Part shown: one piece after another, positions 22,470-34,310 of the stretch
Layout: each line of letters begins with the position of its first letter
Numbering within the stretch: position 1 is the first letter of the stretch
Assembly: GCA_024679065.1 (NCBI GenBank)
Contig: JAGIQG010000009.1
Location: forward strand, 91,574,001 to 91,638,000
Length of the DNA stretch: 64,000 nucleotides
Direction of reading: 5' to 3'
From: Sphyrna mokarran
Taxonomy: Eukaryota
Notes under the pieces: generated by a model
Databases searched by the model: none
Told to the model about the DNA's origin: nothing
What the model saw: only the letters and a program-made list of their open reading frames with translations
Translations under genes and position numbers: made by a program

Positions 22470-24221
22470 ATGCAGTGTTCTGGTCTGCAATAGCACACAT
22501 CAGCACAGACAGTCAGAGATTGCTGATTAGAATGCAAATCCTTACATCTAACCTGCTATTCAAGTGTTAAAGTGGCTAACAATGTGTGTGAAGGGAATCC
22601 TGAGCATTTAGAGAATTGTGTATTTTCTCCAGACAGCACAGTAAGTGAGGTTTTTTGCTAACCCAGGCAAGTTACGGGGGTTACAGATAGCGTGTCATGA
22701 AGCCAAGATCCCTGTTAAGACCGTCCTCATGTGTGCGGAGCTTGGCTATCAGTCTCTGCTCAGCGACTCTGCGCTGTCGTGTATCACGAAAGCCCCCTTG
22801 AAGAACATTTACCCGCAGGTCGGAGGCCGAATGCCCATGACTGCTGAAGTGTTCGCCCACAGGAAGGGAACTGTTTTGCCTGGTGATTGTTGAGCGATGC
22901 TCATTCATCCGCTGTCGTAGTGTCTGCATGGTCTCCCCAATATACCATGCTTCGGGACATCCTTTCTTGCAACGTATTAGGTAGACAACGTTGGCCGAGT
23001 TGCAAGAGTATGTACCGTGTACCTGGTGAATGGTATCCTCACGTTTGATGATGTCGTCCATGTCTATGATCTGGCATGTCTTGCAGAGGTTGCTGTGGCA
23101 GGGTTGTGTGGTATTGTGGTCACTGTTCTCCTGAAGGTTGGGTAGTTTGCTGCGAACAATGATCTGTTTGAGGTTGTGCGGTTGTCTGAAAGCAAGAAGT
23201 GGGGGGGTGGGGATGGCCCTAGCGAGATGTTCATCGTCATCAATGATATGTTGAAGACTCCGGAGAAGATGTCGTAGCTTCTCCGCTCCGGGGAAGTACT
23301 GGACAACAAAGGGTACTCTGTCCACCGTGTCCCGTGTCTCCTCAGAAGATGAACACGGGGACGGTGGACAGAGTACCTTTGTTGTCCAGTACTTCCCCGG
23401 AGTGGAGAAGCTACAACATCTTCTCCGGAGTCTTCAACATATCATTGATGACGATGAACATCTCGCTAGGGCCATCCCCACCCCCCCACTTCTTGCTTTC
23501 AGACAACCGCACAACCTCAAACAGATCATTGTTCGCAGCAAACTACCCAACCTTCAGGAGAACAGTGACCACAATACCACACAACCCTGCCACAGCAACC
23601 TCTGCAAGACATGCCGGATCATAGACATGGACGACATCATCAAACGTGAGGATACCATTCACCAGGTACACGGTACATACTCTTGCAACTCGGCCAACGT
23701 TGTCTACCTAATACGTTGCAAGAAAGGATGTCCCGAAGCATGGTATATTGGGGAGACCATGCAGACACTACGACAGCGGATGAATGAGCATCGCTCAACA
23801 ATCACCAGGCAAAACAGTTCCCTTCCTGTGGGCGAACACTTCAGCAGTCATGGGCATTCGGCCTCCGACCTGCGGGTAAATGTTCTTCAAGGGGGCTTTC
23901 GTGATACACGACAGCGCAGAGTCGCTGAGCAGAGACTGATAGCCAAGCTCCGCACACATGAGGACGGTCTTAACAGGGATCTTGGCTTCATGACACGCTA
24001 TCTGTAACCCCCGTAACTTGCCTGGGTTAGCAAAAAACCTCACTTACTGTGCTGTCTGGAGAAAATACACAATTCTCTAACCAATGCTCAGGATTCCCTT
24101 CACACACATTGTTAGCCACTTTAACACTTGAATAGCAGGTTAGATGTAAGGATTCGCATTCAAATCAGCAATCTCTGACTGTCTGTGCTGATGTGTGCTA
24201 TTGCAGACCAGAACACCGCAT

Positions 24222-24258
24222 TTGCCTGAGGAAGACACAGAGTGTTGAAAGCTCGCAA
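24222..24258 (+). ncRNA. Minimal type I hammerhead ribozyme motif (right Penelope arm)
   Basis: TTGC-CTGAGGA-A-GACAC(AGA)GTGTT-GAAA-GC-TC-GCAA: stem I TTGC/GCAA, core CUGANGA...GAAA, palindromic AGCU in place of stem III. Confidence 0.7.
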
Positions 24259-27200
24259 TTTTACTATCAAATAAATCGGTTCGATTAAAAATTGGTGTTG
24301 CTAAATTCTTACTGAGTTCTTACCACCCCAATCCAACGCCGGCATCTTTACGTTAAGCCACACAGCCACAGGGAGAATAATTCATTGCTGTCAGAAAAAG
24401 AGCCAATGAAAGGAAAGAATTTCAAATGTCTATTTTTCACAACTAGGCTTACATTCATAGTGTAATGAAGTTACTGTGAAAATCCTCGAGTTGCGACACT
24501 CCAGCACCCGTTCAGGTACACTGAGGGAGAATTTAACATGGGTGATTCACCTATCCTGTCTCCAGTTATCAGGAAATTGTCCATTTCCAGTTCCGACACT
24601 TCCATGTTAAGTTTCCTCCTCCATCAGGAATGGACACAAAAATAGGGCTTGAAAATGATAAAGAAGCCACACTACAAACAACCATCATTTTAGCTGCTGC
24701 AGGCTTTGGGCCCAGTCAGGCCACCTGCCCCCACAAGGGTACAGATTGTTAGACTAATTAAAAATCTTGTTACACTGCAATTCTTCCAGTCCGCTTTAGG
24801 TTTTCCAATTTGAAATTCAGCAGACGAATGGTCTGGTCTGAGCACACACAGTTGGCCAGGGAGGACAGTCCTCCCACAATCCCTTTCAGCTTGCCTGGCT
24901 GGAGGAGCAGACACAGTTTGTCCTGTAGATGGACATTCCCCTTCCCTCACCACACTCCCCCTCACCCCCATAATGGTGGCCTGGCTTCTTTCTTGGTTTA
25001 TTTTGATGGTTTTCTGAAGTGACTAACAAGGACTTTCCTGTTGAAGCAGTTTCTCAGTTACACACCCTGTACTGTAGCTGGGTGCTTGTCGAAAGCTGGA
25101 GGAATCTGGATTGGTTATTGGGGAGCCTGCCCACTGTTCTTAATTGTGAGGGAAATGGTTTCCATGCCAATTATAAATGTTCCCCCACAGAAAATCCTTA
25201 ACTGTGACCTGTATCTTTGTGTTTATACCTCTCTTTATTTCTGTGAGTGTGTGTGTACATGAGCATGTGTGTATACTTATGTGGGTATGTGAGCATGTGT
25301 ATGTGTATTTGCACGCCAGTGTGTGCTCGTAGCTGTGTGTGTGTATGGATCTTTGTGTCTGTGTGTTTGCATGTGTGTTCACTTATCTCAGTTTGTATCT
25401 GTATGTGTGTGTGCGCACGCTGGTATATATGTGCGTGCTTATGTGAGGCTGTATGTGCATCTTCACTCCATAACCCATTCAATTATCAATTACAATTTAA
25501 AATGAAAAACTTCCAACAATTCTACAAAGTAAGACTGTAAGACTGTTAAATTATTCAATTTATTTCCAGTTGCCTCTTTTTTAATCTCAACAGGATGTGA
25601 AAATTCCTGGCTAGGCCAGCATTTATTGCCCATCCCTAGTTGCCCTTCACAATGCTGTTAGAGTGGGAGTTCTAGGGTTTTGACCCAGTGATAGTGAAGG
25701 AACAACAGATATATTTCCAAGTTAGAGTGATGTGTGGCTTGGAGTGGAACCTCCAGGTAGTGTGTGTTCCCAAGTATCTGCTGTCCTTATCCTTCAAGGT
25801 GCTTGTGGGTTTTGAAGATGCTGCCCAAGGAGCCTTGGTGAGTTCCTGCAGTGAATCTTGTAGATGGTTCACACAGCTGCCACTGACCATCAGTGGTGGA
25901 GGGCTTGAATCATAGAATCCTCCAGTGCAGGAGAAGGCCACTCAGCCCATCAAGTCTGCACCAACCGTAATCCTACACCATCCCCATTAACTCATGCATT
26001 TAGCTGTGCTAATCCCAAGACACAAATGGGTTATTTAGCCTGACCAGTTCAGCTCACCCGCACATCTTTAGACCATGGGAGGAAACCAGAACACTCTGAG
26101 GAAACACACACAGGCACGTGGAGAATGTGCAAACTTCACATAGACCGTGACCCAAGAAGGGAATCATACCCGGGTCCCTGGTGTTGTGAGGCAGCAGTGC
26201 TAACCACTATTCCACCAGGCTGTCCCTTGTGGAATGGGTAGCAATGAAATGAGCTGCTTTATCCTGAATAGAGTCTGTTGAGTTTCTTGAGTGTTTTTAG
26301 AGCTGTCCTTACCTCGGCAAGTGGAGAGAATTCCATTACATAGAAACATAGAAAACAGAAGCAGGAGTAGGTTATTCAACTCTTTGAGAGTTTTCACCAT
26401 TCATTATGATCATGGTTGATCATCAAATTCAATATCATAATCCTCTTCCCCCATAACCCTTGATCCCAAAAGGCCCAAAAACTCCATCTAATTTATTCTC
26501 GAAGTCAGACCATGTTTTGGCCTCACCGACTTTCTGTGGTACTGAATTCCTCACACTCACCACTCACTGGATGAAGAAACTTCTCCTCACCTCAGTTCTT
26601 ATCCTCAAACTATGACTCCTAGTTCTGGACTCCCTCATTGTTTGGAACATTCTTTCTGAATTACCCTGTCTAATCCTATTAGATTTCTTAAGTCTCAATG
26701 AGATCCCCTCTCACTCTTCTAAACTCCAATGAATACAATCCTCACACTCCTGACTTGTGCCATGTAGATGGTGGACAGGTTCTGGGGAGTCAGGAAGTGG
26801 TTACCCACTGCAGGATTCCTAACCTCTGACCTGCTCTTGTAACTACAGTATATGGCTAATGGCGAATCCAGTTTTGTTTCTGGTCAATGAAAGGCCCCAG
26901 GATGTTGCTAATGGAGGATTCAGACATGATAATACCATTGAGTTCAAGGGATGGTGGTTAGATTCTCTCTTGTTGGGGATGATTGTTGCCTTGCACTTGT
27001 GTGGCCCAAATATTACTTGGCACTTGTTAGTCCAAGCCTGGATATTGTTCAGGTCTTGCTGCATTTTGGACACAGACTGCTTCGACATCTGAGGAGATAT
27101 AATGTAGCTGAACATCAGTGAACATCCCCACTTCTGACTTATCATAGAAGGCAGGTCATTGATGAAGCAGCTGAAGATGGTTGGGATTGGGACACAAATT

Positions 27201-28860
27201 CCCTGAGGAATTCACTGATGCCCAGAGACTGAGATAATTGACTTCCAACCAAACAACCACCATTTTTTGTGTTAGTTATGATTCCAACCAGTGGAAAATT
27301 TTCCCCTGATACCCATTACACTGGTTTTACTAGGGCTCCTTGATGTCAAGAGCTCTCACTCTCATCTTACCTCTGGAACTCAGCTCTTTTGTTCATGATT
27401 AAATCAAACCTGTAATGAGATCAGGGGCTGAGTGGCCCCAGAGGAACCCAAACTGGGTGTCACTGAGCAGGTTATTGCTGAGTAAATGCCACTTGATGGC
27501 ACTGTTGATGAACTTTCATCACTTTACTGATGATTGACAGTAGACTGACTGGGCTGTAATTGCCTGGGTTAAATTTGTCCTGATCCTAGTGTACAGCACA
27601 TACCTGGGCAATTTTATTCATTCCCATTCTTCTCACTGTACTGGAATAGCTTGGTGAGGGAAGCAGCAAGTTCTGGAGCACAAGTCTTCAACATTTTTGC
27701 CAGGATGTTGTCCTTCCACACCAACACACTCACTTTGAGGTTCCCTACATTTCTCATTACTGAGAAGCTGGTGAGCCTTCACCTCCAGCTCACTGGGAAA
27801 TGTGCTGAAGCTTAATTCTCTAAAGTTAGGACACGGCTTCCTCTCCTCTCTCTCTCACACTGACATCTTCAGTTAAGAAGTCAATCAATGCTAATGGAAA
27901 ACAGTGAATGATGCTGACATTTAGTCTGAACTCAGCCAGTTCACATTGGATTGAACATCAACAACTGCCCATTCCAATCGTCACAAGCTGCTGAGTGAAT
28001 GAATTAAACCTTTCCTGTGAAATCAGTGAAGAAGAATTCAGACAAATCAAACACAAAGAGTTATTTATTGATTACAATCTACAGTTATGATGTTTCATTA
28101 TGATCCTGATTATAGATTTTACTCCATGAATGTGTTATAATATTAAAATAAACAACCATAGAACACATCAGATATAATATTATATAAAGAACAAAATGGG
28201 CCAGTGTGTAATAATTTAAATTCTGACATTCCGTCGTGTCTCAGAGTTACAATTTAGATTGGCAATATTAATATCTCAGCAATATTCACACTGAGAGGTT
28301 TGACATGTTTTTCAGCCACTCCCTGTAACGATGATGGGAGGTCTTCCCCCATTGAGTGTCTCCAGTAACTGTCCAAGCTGTGTCGTGTCCCTCACCAGTA
28401 TTCCTGGACCTTGCATTGTGACAATCTGAAACCCTCAGTCATGGAGAACCCTTTGCCCTGGAAGAGCTGTTAGTTTCAGGCTGATTTTCACTGAGTTGAT
28501 GGTCCTCATGGTGTTTATCTCAGTGTGTGTTTCTGGGAACAGCCTGTACAGCGTACAGTCCTGTATAAAGGAGCTGCTGGGATGAACATTGTGTGACTGT
28601 GTGGGAATTCATCAGATCAAATTTAATTTTACTTCATTTCATATAACTTAGGAAGTGAAGTGGGAAAACTGCCAGAAAAATGTTTCCAACATCCCAATTG
28701 TCATTTGCATTATCAGATACATCACATAATCTTTCATATGGATTCCAAAAAGTCTTCATCAAAATCCGCAAACATTTAAAGACATTTAAAAATTTAAGCA
28801 ATCAGAAAGTGAGAAAAGTGTACAAACTGTGAGTGTATTTCATTCCCAACAATCTGTCCC

Positions 28861-28904
28861 TCAGTCACTCAGTGGAGCTGTTGTGTACGTCCCACTTGGT
28901 GAAT
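28861..28904 (-). CDS. Gene B putative cytoplasmic exon (DSPSGTYTTAPLSD*)
   Basis: Same acceptor, frame and stop as in gene A. Confidence 0.5.
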
Positions 28905-29310
28905 CTGCAGAAGTGAAATAAATGTCAGTTAGAATGGGGAATAATCCATTCTCAGAGAGTGAGAACACAACAAGTGTGAGGGAATGGAGATTGTGTGAGA
29001 AATACTCATTCTCACACTCCCCTCCATCCTTACACTTTATGGAGATCCTGTAGATCTCTTCCATTCCATCCATATTCAGTAGGTGAGGATGTGAGTGTGC
29101 ACGGTGGCTTTAATGATCAATATTATACCTGGACTGGGCTGATCACACAAAGGAAAATCAGACAGGGAACAAGATGTGTTTATACGTGTGTATCTGTGGA
29201 TGGGAATTAAATCAGTTCATTCAACACAGTGTCCTGTATTCCCAGTACTGGAGATTCCCCACACTCACTCTGTCCCCTCAGTTCTACATTCCCCTCTCTC
29301 TGATTCTTAC

Positions 29311-29430
29311 CTCTCCGCTGTCTTTTCCAGATGATTATTCCGATTATTCCAAATATAACAGCCAGTGCAGGGATCACTGTTCCGATTATAATTCCTAAAT
29401 TGAAATTTCCTCCACAGTTTTCTGGTATTT
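29311..29430 (-). CDS. Gene B connecting peptide/TM exon
   Basis: 120 nt, TTTTTCAG acceptor, G|GTAAGA donor; EIPENCGGNFNLGIIIGTVIPALAVIFGIIGIIIWKRQRR. Confidence 0.88.
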
Positions 29431-29809
29431 CTGAAAAACATTTGAATAATATGAGGATTGTTTCTCTGTTCCCAGGTCCATTCGCAGTTTTCTGTTCACT
29501 GGGGACAATTGGAACTGAATCTGCCCATTGAGAATTGATGGGATTTTCTGAAACACTGGTTTTACACTCGCCCCATTTCACCCTCCAGTGAAGTGATGAA
29601 AGATTCCCATTGATGGTGATGTCAAAGCCGTGTTATTCCCAAACCCATGGGATATCATCCCAGCCAGTTCAGTTCTAATTCTCCCCAATGTCTGTGTGTC
29701 CTGTCTTTGTTCAATCCCAGGGTTAAATTGTATGTCCCAGGAGGCAGCATCACTGATGTTTTCACATCAAACACACACATACACACAGAACAGTTTGACA
29801 GTTCCTTAC

Positions 29810-30088
29810 CCCACTGATAGAGCTTGGGCTCTGCCAGGCTGCTGTGTTCAATTTGACAGGAGTATTGATTCTCATCCCCAGCATTTATTTCAATCTCTTT
29901 CTGAATCTGATGGCTCCCATCATGGTTTGGTCGAATTCCCGAGGATAGTGTTTCAGACATTACCTCTCCATTCCTTAACCAGTTCACCTCGATGTCTGCA
30001 GGATAAAAGCCAGTAACCAGGCAGGAGAGAGTGAGGGGCTTGTCCTGACTATTGGGCTCACTTCTGGAGATGAAGACTTCAGGCTGAA
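29810..30088 (-). CDS. Gene B MHC class I alpha3 exon
   Basis: 279 nt, canonical splice sites, both Ig Cys present, 5 aa differences from gene A. Confidence 0.93.
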
Positions 30089-30205
30089 CTGTAATGGGAA
30101 AGGGTGAAAACACAAACAATAAACCCACACTGAATGGAATGGGAGAACGGTTTGATAAATCAGTGAAGTTAGAGCAGAACATGGACTTAAAACTGAATTC
30201 AATAC

Positions 30206-30480
30206 CTTTCCGTCCAAAATATACTTTTCCAGCTTGTAAATATAACAACAAATATTTCACCAAGACTTTTTCAAGACTTGTTTTCCAATAGTTGTTCCAG
30301 GATTGATCCGAATCCCATTTCTCTTTGTCTTCACTGCCATGTGATTGGATGCGACCCATCTCATTCTGTTGGGCTCTAAACTGATATGGTCTTTTCCATC
30401 AAATCCAACTCTCATCGATCTCTTTATGGAGCCGTCTTCAGCAATCTCAACAATTAGGATCCATTGAAAAACGTGAATTC
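30206..30480 (-). pseudogene. Gene B alpha2 exon with a 1-nt deletion (frameshift) at about 30326
   Basis: 275 nt versus 276 in gene A; the homologous peptide is split between ORFs 30257-30508 and 29655-30359. Confidence 0.85.
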
Positions 30481-30636
30481 CTGTCAATAACCAAAAATCA
30501 ATAATCATTTATTCCCAGAAAATCACAATTATCTAATCAATGGGGAAATGAGCAATCTGACTCGGATGGTGTCAATGGATTTGAAGATTACAAATGTTAC
30601 ACCCTCATTGATTACACTCTAATCATTGAAAACAAA

Positions 30637-30869
30637 GGCAAGGAACCTTTAGGAAGAAAATTAGCCTGAAGTCTTCATCACCAGAAGTGAGCCCAATAGT
30701 CAGTACAGGGTCCAGGGATGAATAGGTTAAAGGGGTTAGTGGGTATAATATGTAGGGAAATGGGAGTAAGGCCTGGGTGGGATTGCAAACTCAATGGGCT
30801 GAAAGGCCTCTTTCTGCACTGTAGGGTTCTATGACTCTAAGCCACTCACTCTCTCCTGCCTGTTCACTG
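30637..30869 (+). pseudogene. Inverted class I fragment (alpha3 N-terminus, possibly with the alpha2 end) split by a SINE piece
   Basis: 30663-30707 encodes PEVFITRSEPNSQY; 30839-30869 encodes KPLTLSCLFT; a SINE 3' fragment lies between them. Confidence 0.8.
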
Positions 30870-30944
30870 AACATATGAAGAGGCAAGGTTGGATCAGGGG
30901 TAGTCACCATGGGTTTGTCAGAGGGAGTTCATGCCTAATAAATT

Positions 30945-32805
30945 TAAGAACAAAGAACAAAATAGCACGGGAAACAGATCCTTTGGCCCAACGAGCCCAT
31001 GCTGCCACCCCGATGTTCCCACCTCTACCCGTGATCCATGTCTATGTTTATAGATCTATGGATTAAAAAACCAAATTTGAGACAATTTAGGGAGAATTTG
31101 TTTTGCCAATTAGCCTAAGAGCACATCTTGGGATGTGGGAGGAAACCGGAGCACCCGGAGAAAACCCACGCAAGCACGGGGAGAATGCGCAAACTCCCAC
31201 AGACACAGGCCCAAATCCATGTATCGGCACAGCACAGCGATAGTCACTGAGCTGTCGTGTTGCCCATCAAATGGTCCAGGTCAAGCGTACACTAACGACG
31301 TGAAGCACTAGGATACTCTCAAAAAAAAAATCCAAGAGCAGCCCTCTCACGACCCATCGCGTGTATGCCCCTCATTAAACAACAAGGTGGACCAAAGCAC
31401 CTGTAGGATAAAAACAAGTACATCAATATCATCATCTATTTACACACTTCCCAGGGACTCCCAAGGCTCATGATCCCTATTTTAAATCAGTTTCCTATAC
31501 CCCTCCATTCCCATTCTGTACATGTGCCCATCTAAGTATTTCTTAAATAACTCCAGAATACCTGCCTCCACCACTTTACTTGGCAGTGCATTCCATACCC
31601 CCACCACCCTCTGTGTGAAAAAACTCTCTCTAGCACCCAAATTATACCTTGCCCCCCTCACCCTAAGCCTGTGACCCCTCGTGGTATTCCAGTCCATCCT
31701 AGGAAAAAGCTTAACCCTGTTTATCTATACCCCTCATAATCTTGTATACCTCTATTAGATCTCCTCTAAGTCTACGTCTTTCTAAGGAAAATAGTCCCAA
31801 TTTGCCTAACCTCTCCTCGTAACTCAGACCTTCCATACCAGGCAGCATCCTGGTAAACCTCCTCTGCACTCTCTCCAGAGTCTCCACATCCTTCCCGTAG
31901 TAAGGCGACCAGAACTGGACACAGTATTCCAAATGAGGTCTAACCAACATTTTACACAACTGCAACATTAAAGGTCAGCTCTTGTACTCTATACCCCTTC
32001 CTATAAAGTCTAACATACTATATGCTTTCTTCACAACCTTCTCCACCTGCTCTGCCACCTTCAGAGACTTGTGCACTTGCACCCCCAGGTCCCTCTGCAT
32101 TTCTATACTCTTAATAGGTCTACTCTTTATCATATACCTCCCCACTACATTCTTTCTCCCGAAATGCATCACCTCGCATTTATCAGGATTGAATTCCATC
32201 TGCCATCTGTCTGCCCAAGCTACCAGCCTACCTATGTCCTGCTGCATCACCTGACAATGCTCCTCACTATCCGCAAGTCCAGCCATCTTTGTATCGTCTG
32301 CAAACTTGCTGATCACTCCACTTACTCCCTCTTCCAAGTCATTTATATATATTACAAATAGAAGAAGTCCCAGTACTGAGCCCTGCGGCACACCACTACT
32401 GACTGACCTCCAGCTGGAAAAACATCCTTCCACTATTACTCTCCTTCTCCTATTACTAAGCCAGTTACTTATCTATCTAGCTACCTGTCCTTCTATCCCA
32501 TGAGCGTTCACCTTCTCAACTAACCTCCCACGAGGGACTTTGTCAAACGCCTTACTAAAATCCATATAGACAACATCAATGGCTCACCCTTCGTCCACTG
32601 TTTTTGTCACCTCCTCAAAACATTCTACCAGATTTGTAAGGCACGACCTCCCCTGAACAAATCCATGCTGCGTATCCCTAATCAGATCGCAACGCTCTAA
32701 GTGCCTATACATCCTATCTCTAAGAAGCCCCTCCAACAGCTTCCCTACCACTGACGTCAAACTCACCGGCCTATAATTCCCAGGGTTATCCCTCCTACCC
32801 TTTTT
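30945..32805 (-). mobile_element. CR1 LINE (RT plus composite 3' UTR) nested in an older plus-strand CR1
   Basis: [30 protein letters not shown]; flanked by AAATTTAA/AAATTTGA; the host CR1 frame HGFVRGSSCL resumes after it. Confidence 0.92.
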
Positions 32806-34310
32806 AAAAAAATTTGAATGAATTTTTTGAGGAAGTTAGTAGTTATGTTGAAGACGGTGATGCAGTCGATGTAGCTTATATCGATTCCAGTAAAGCCTTC
32901 GACAAGGTTCGAAATGGGAAGCTTATAAAGGAGACAAATCCACATGGGATATAGGATAATTTCATAAACTGAATTTAATATTGGCTTAGTTATTGGAGAC
33001 AGAGGCAATGACAGAAGGCTGTTTTCATGACTTGAAGCCAGTGTCCAGTGGGGTACCACAAGGATCTGTGCTGGGTCGTACATTATTTGTCATTTATATA
33101 AATGACATAGATAACAATGTTGGGTGGCGGGGCGGGGGGGTGGATGAGATTAGTATTTGGGGATGACACAAAGATTGGACAGATGGTTAACAGTGAGTCA
33201 GAGTTCCTTGGGCTACAAGAAGATATAGACAGGATTGGGCAGATAAGCGGCATATAAGCATTTAACCTTGAAAAGTATGAGGTGATACATTTTGAAAGGA
33301 TGTATTTGAATGAATGCCATGACATTAGGAAGCTTTGTGAAACAAAGTGGCCTTGGCGTGCTTGTCTCTAAAGGCGGAAAGACATGTTAGCAGGATGGTG
33401 AAAAACGCATATGGGACACTTGCCTTTATCGATTGAGGCATCGATTTCAAAAACAGGGAAGAGATGTCGGAATTGTACAACTTTGGAAGGATGTGATTGC
33501 AGTGGAGAGGGTGCAGAGGAGATACACCAGGATGCTGCCTGGGATGGAACATTTAAGTTATGAAGAGAGGTTGTGTAGGTTTGGATTATTTTCGCAGCTG
33601 GTAACTGGTCACTGGGCTGCTGCTGATCAGAAGCTGCATCAATTCGAAATCCAGCTGCTGTCGGATGGACCTGCACTGTTTCTGTATTTAAAACTGACAG
33701 GAGTGATTCTATTGGGGTTATTTGTGTTGCTGGCATCCCAGCTCTACATAATTCATGTCTTTGTATTGCTTCTTGTGAAGGGACCTTGCTGCATCCTCCA
33801 TGTGGCTGTAAGGGCTCACCTGAAGAAGAAGTAACACTCTGAAAGCTTGTGCTACCAGATAAACCTGTTGGATGTTGTGAGGCTTCTTAGTGTACTTTTT
33901 GTTCAAGCAGAGAAGACTGAGGGCTGACCTGATCAAGGTGAACAAGATTATGAGGGACACAGTGGACAGAGTGAATAGGGAACAGCTATTTTCCTTAGTT
34001 GAAGGGTCAGTACAAGGGGACACAAGTTCAAGGTGAGGGGCAGTAGATTTAGGACAGATTTGAAGACAAGAAGTTTTACTCAAAGAATGGTAATAGCCTG
34101 GAGAGTGTTGCCTGGGAGGGTGGTAGAGGTGGGTTACCTCACATGCTTTAAAAAGTATCTGGATGAGTATTTGGCACAAAATAACATTTAAGGCTATGGG
34201 CGAAGTGCTGGCAGATGGGAATAAGGTGGAAGGTCGGGTGTTTCTTTTACGTCAGTGCAAATTCAATGAGCCGAATGGTCTCTTTTCACGATTTGATTCA
34301 GTGATTCTAT
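32806..34310 (+). mobile_element. Older decayed CR1 LINE (starts at 30872, interrupted twice)
   Basis: EFFEEV, KAFDKV, VERVQRRYTRMLPG; 3' tail GATTCTATGA. Confidence 0.8.
33592..33896 (+). mobile_element. Old Penelope pLTR fragment with a hammerhead core (33817-33851)
   Basis: CAC-CTGAAGA...GAAA-GCTT-GTG followed by ATAAACCTGTTGGA, as in the other pLTRs; interrupts the CR1. Confidence 0.6.

Larger units (their letters stand above)
22381..24349. mobile_element. Penelope-like element as an inverted dimer of 3' ends (GIY-YIG endonuclease plus pLTR), with 16-bp TSD
   Basis: ORFs 22681-23325(-) and 23327-24007(+) with NVVYLIRC..C...YIGET...LRQRMNEHR; TSD ACGTTAAGCCACACAG at 22365-22380 and 24350-24365; empty site at 63200-63215. 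Confidence 0.93.
24772..30480. repeat. Segmental duplicate of positions about 1-6500 (3' half of the gene plus downstream flank)
   Basis: Colinear high identity, including shared SINE/LINE insertions; a third copy starts near 63630. Confidence 0.92.

Noticed and set aside
22681-24007. Host GIY-YIG nuclease genes in a divergent pair
   Set aside because: No genuine ATG or promoter space between them; they are 5'-truncated Penelope ORF ends flanked by a TSD.
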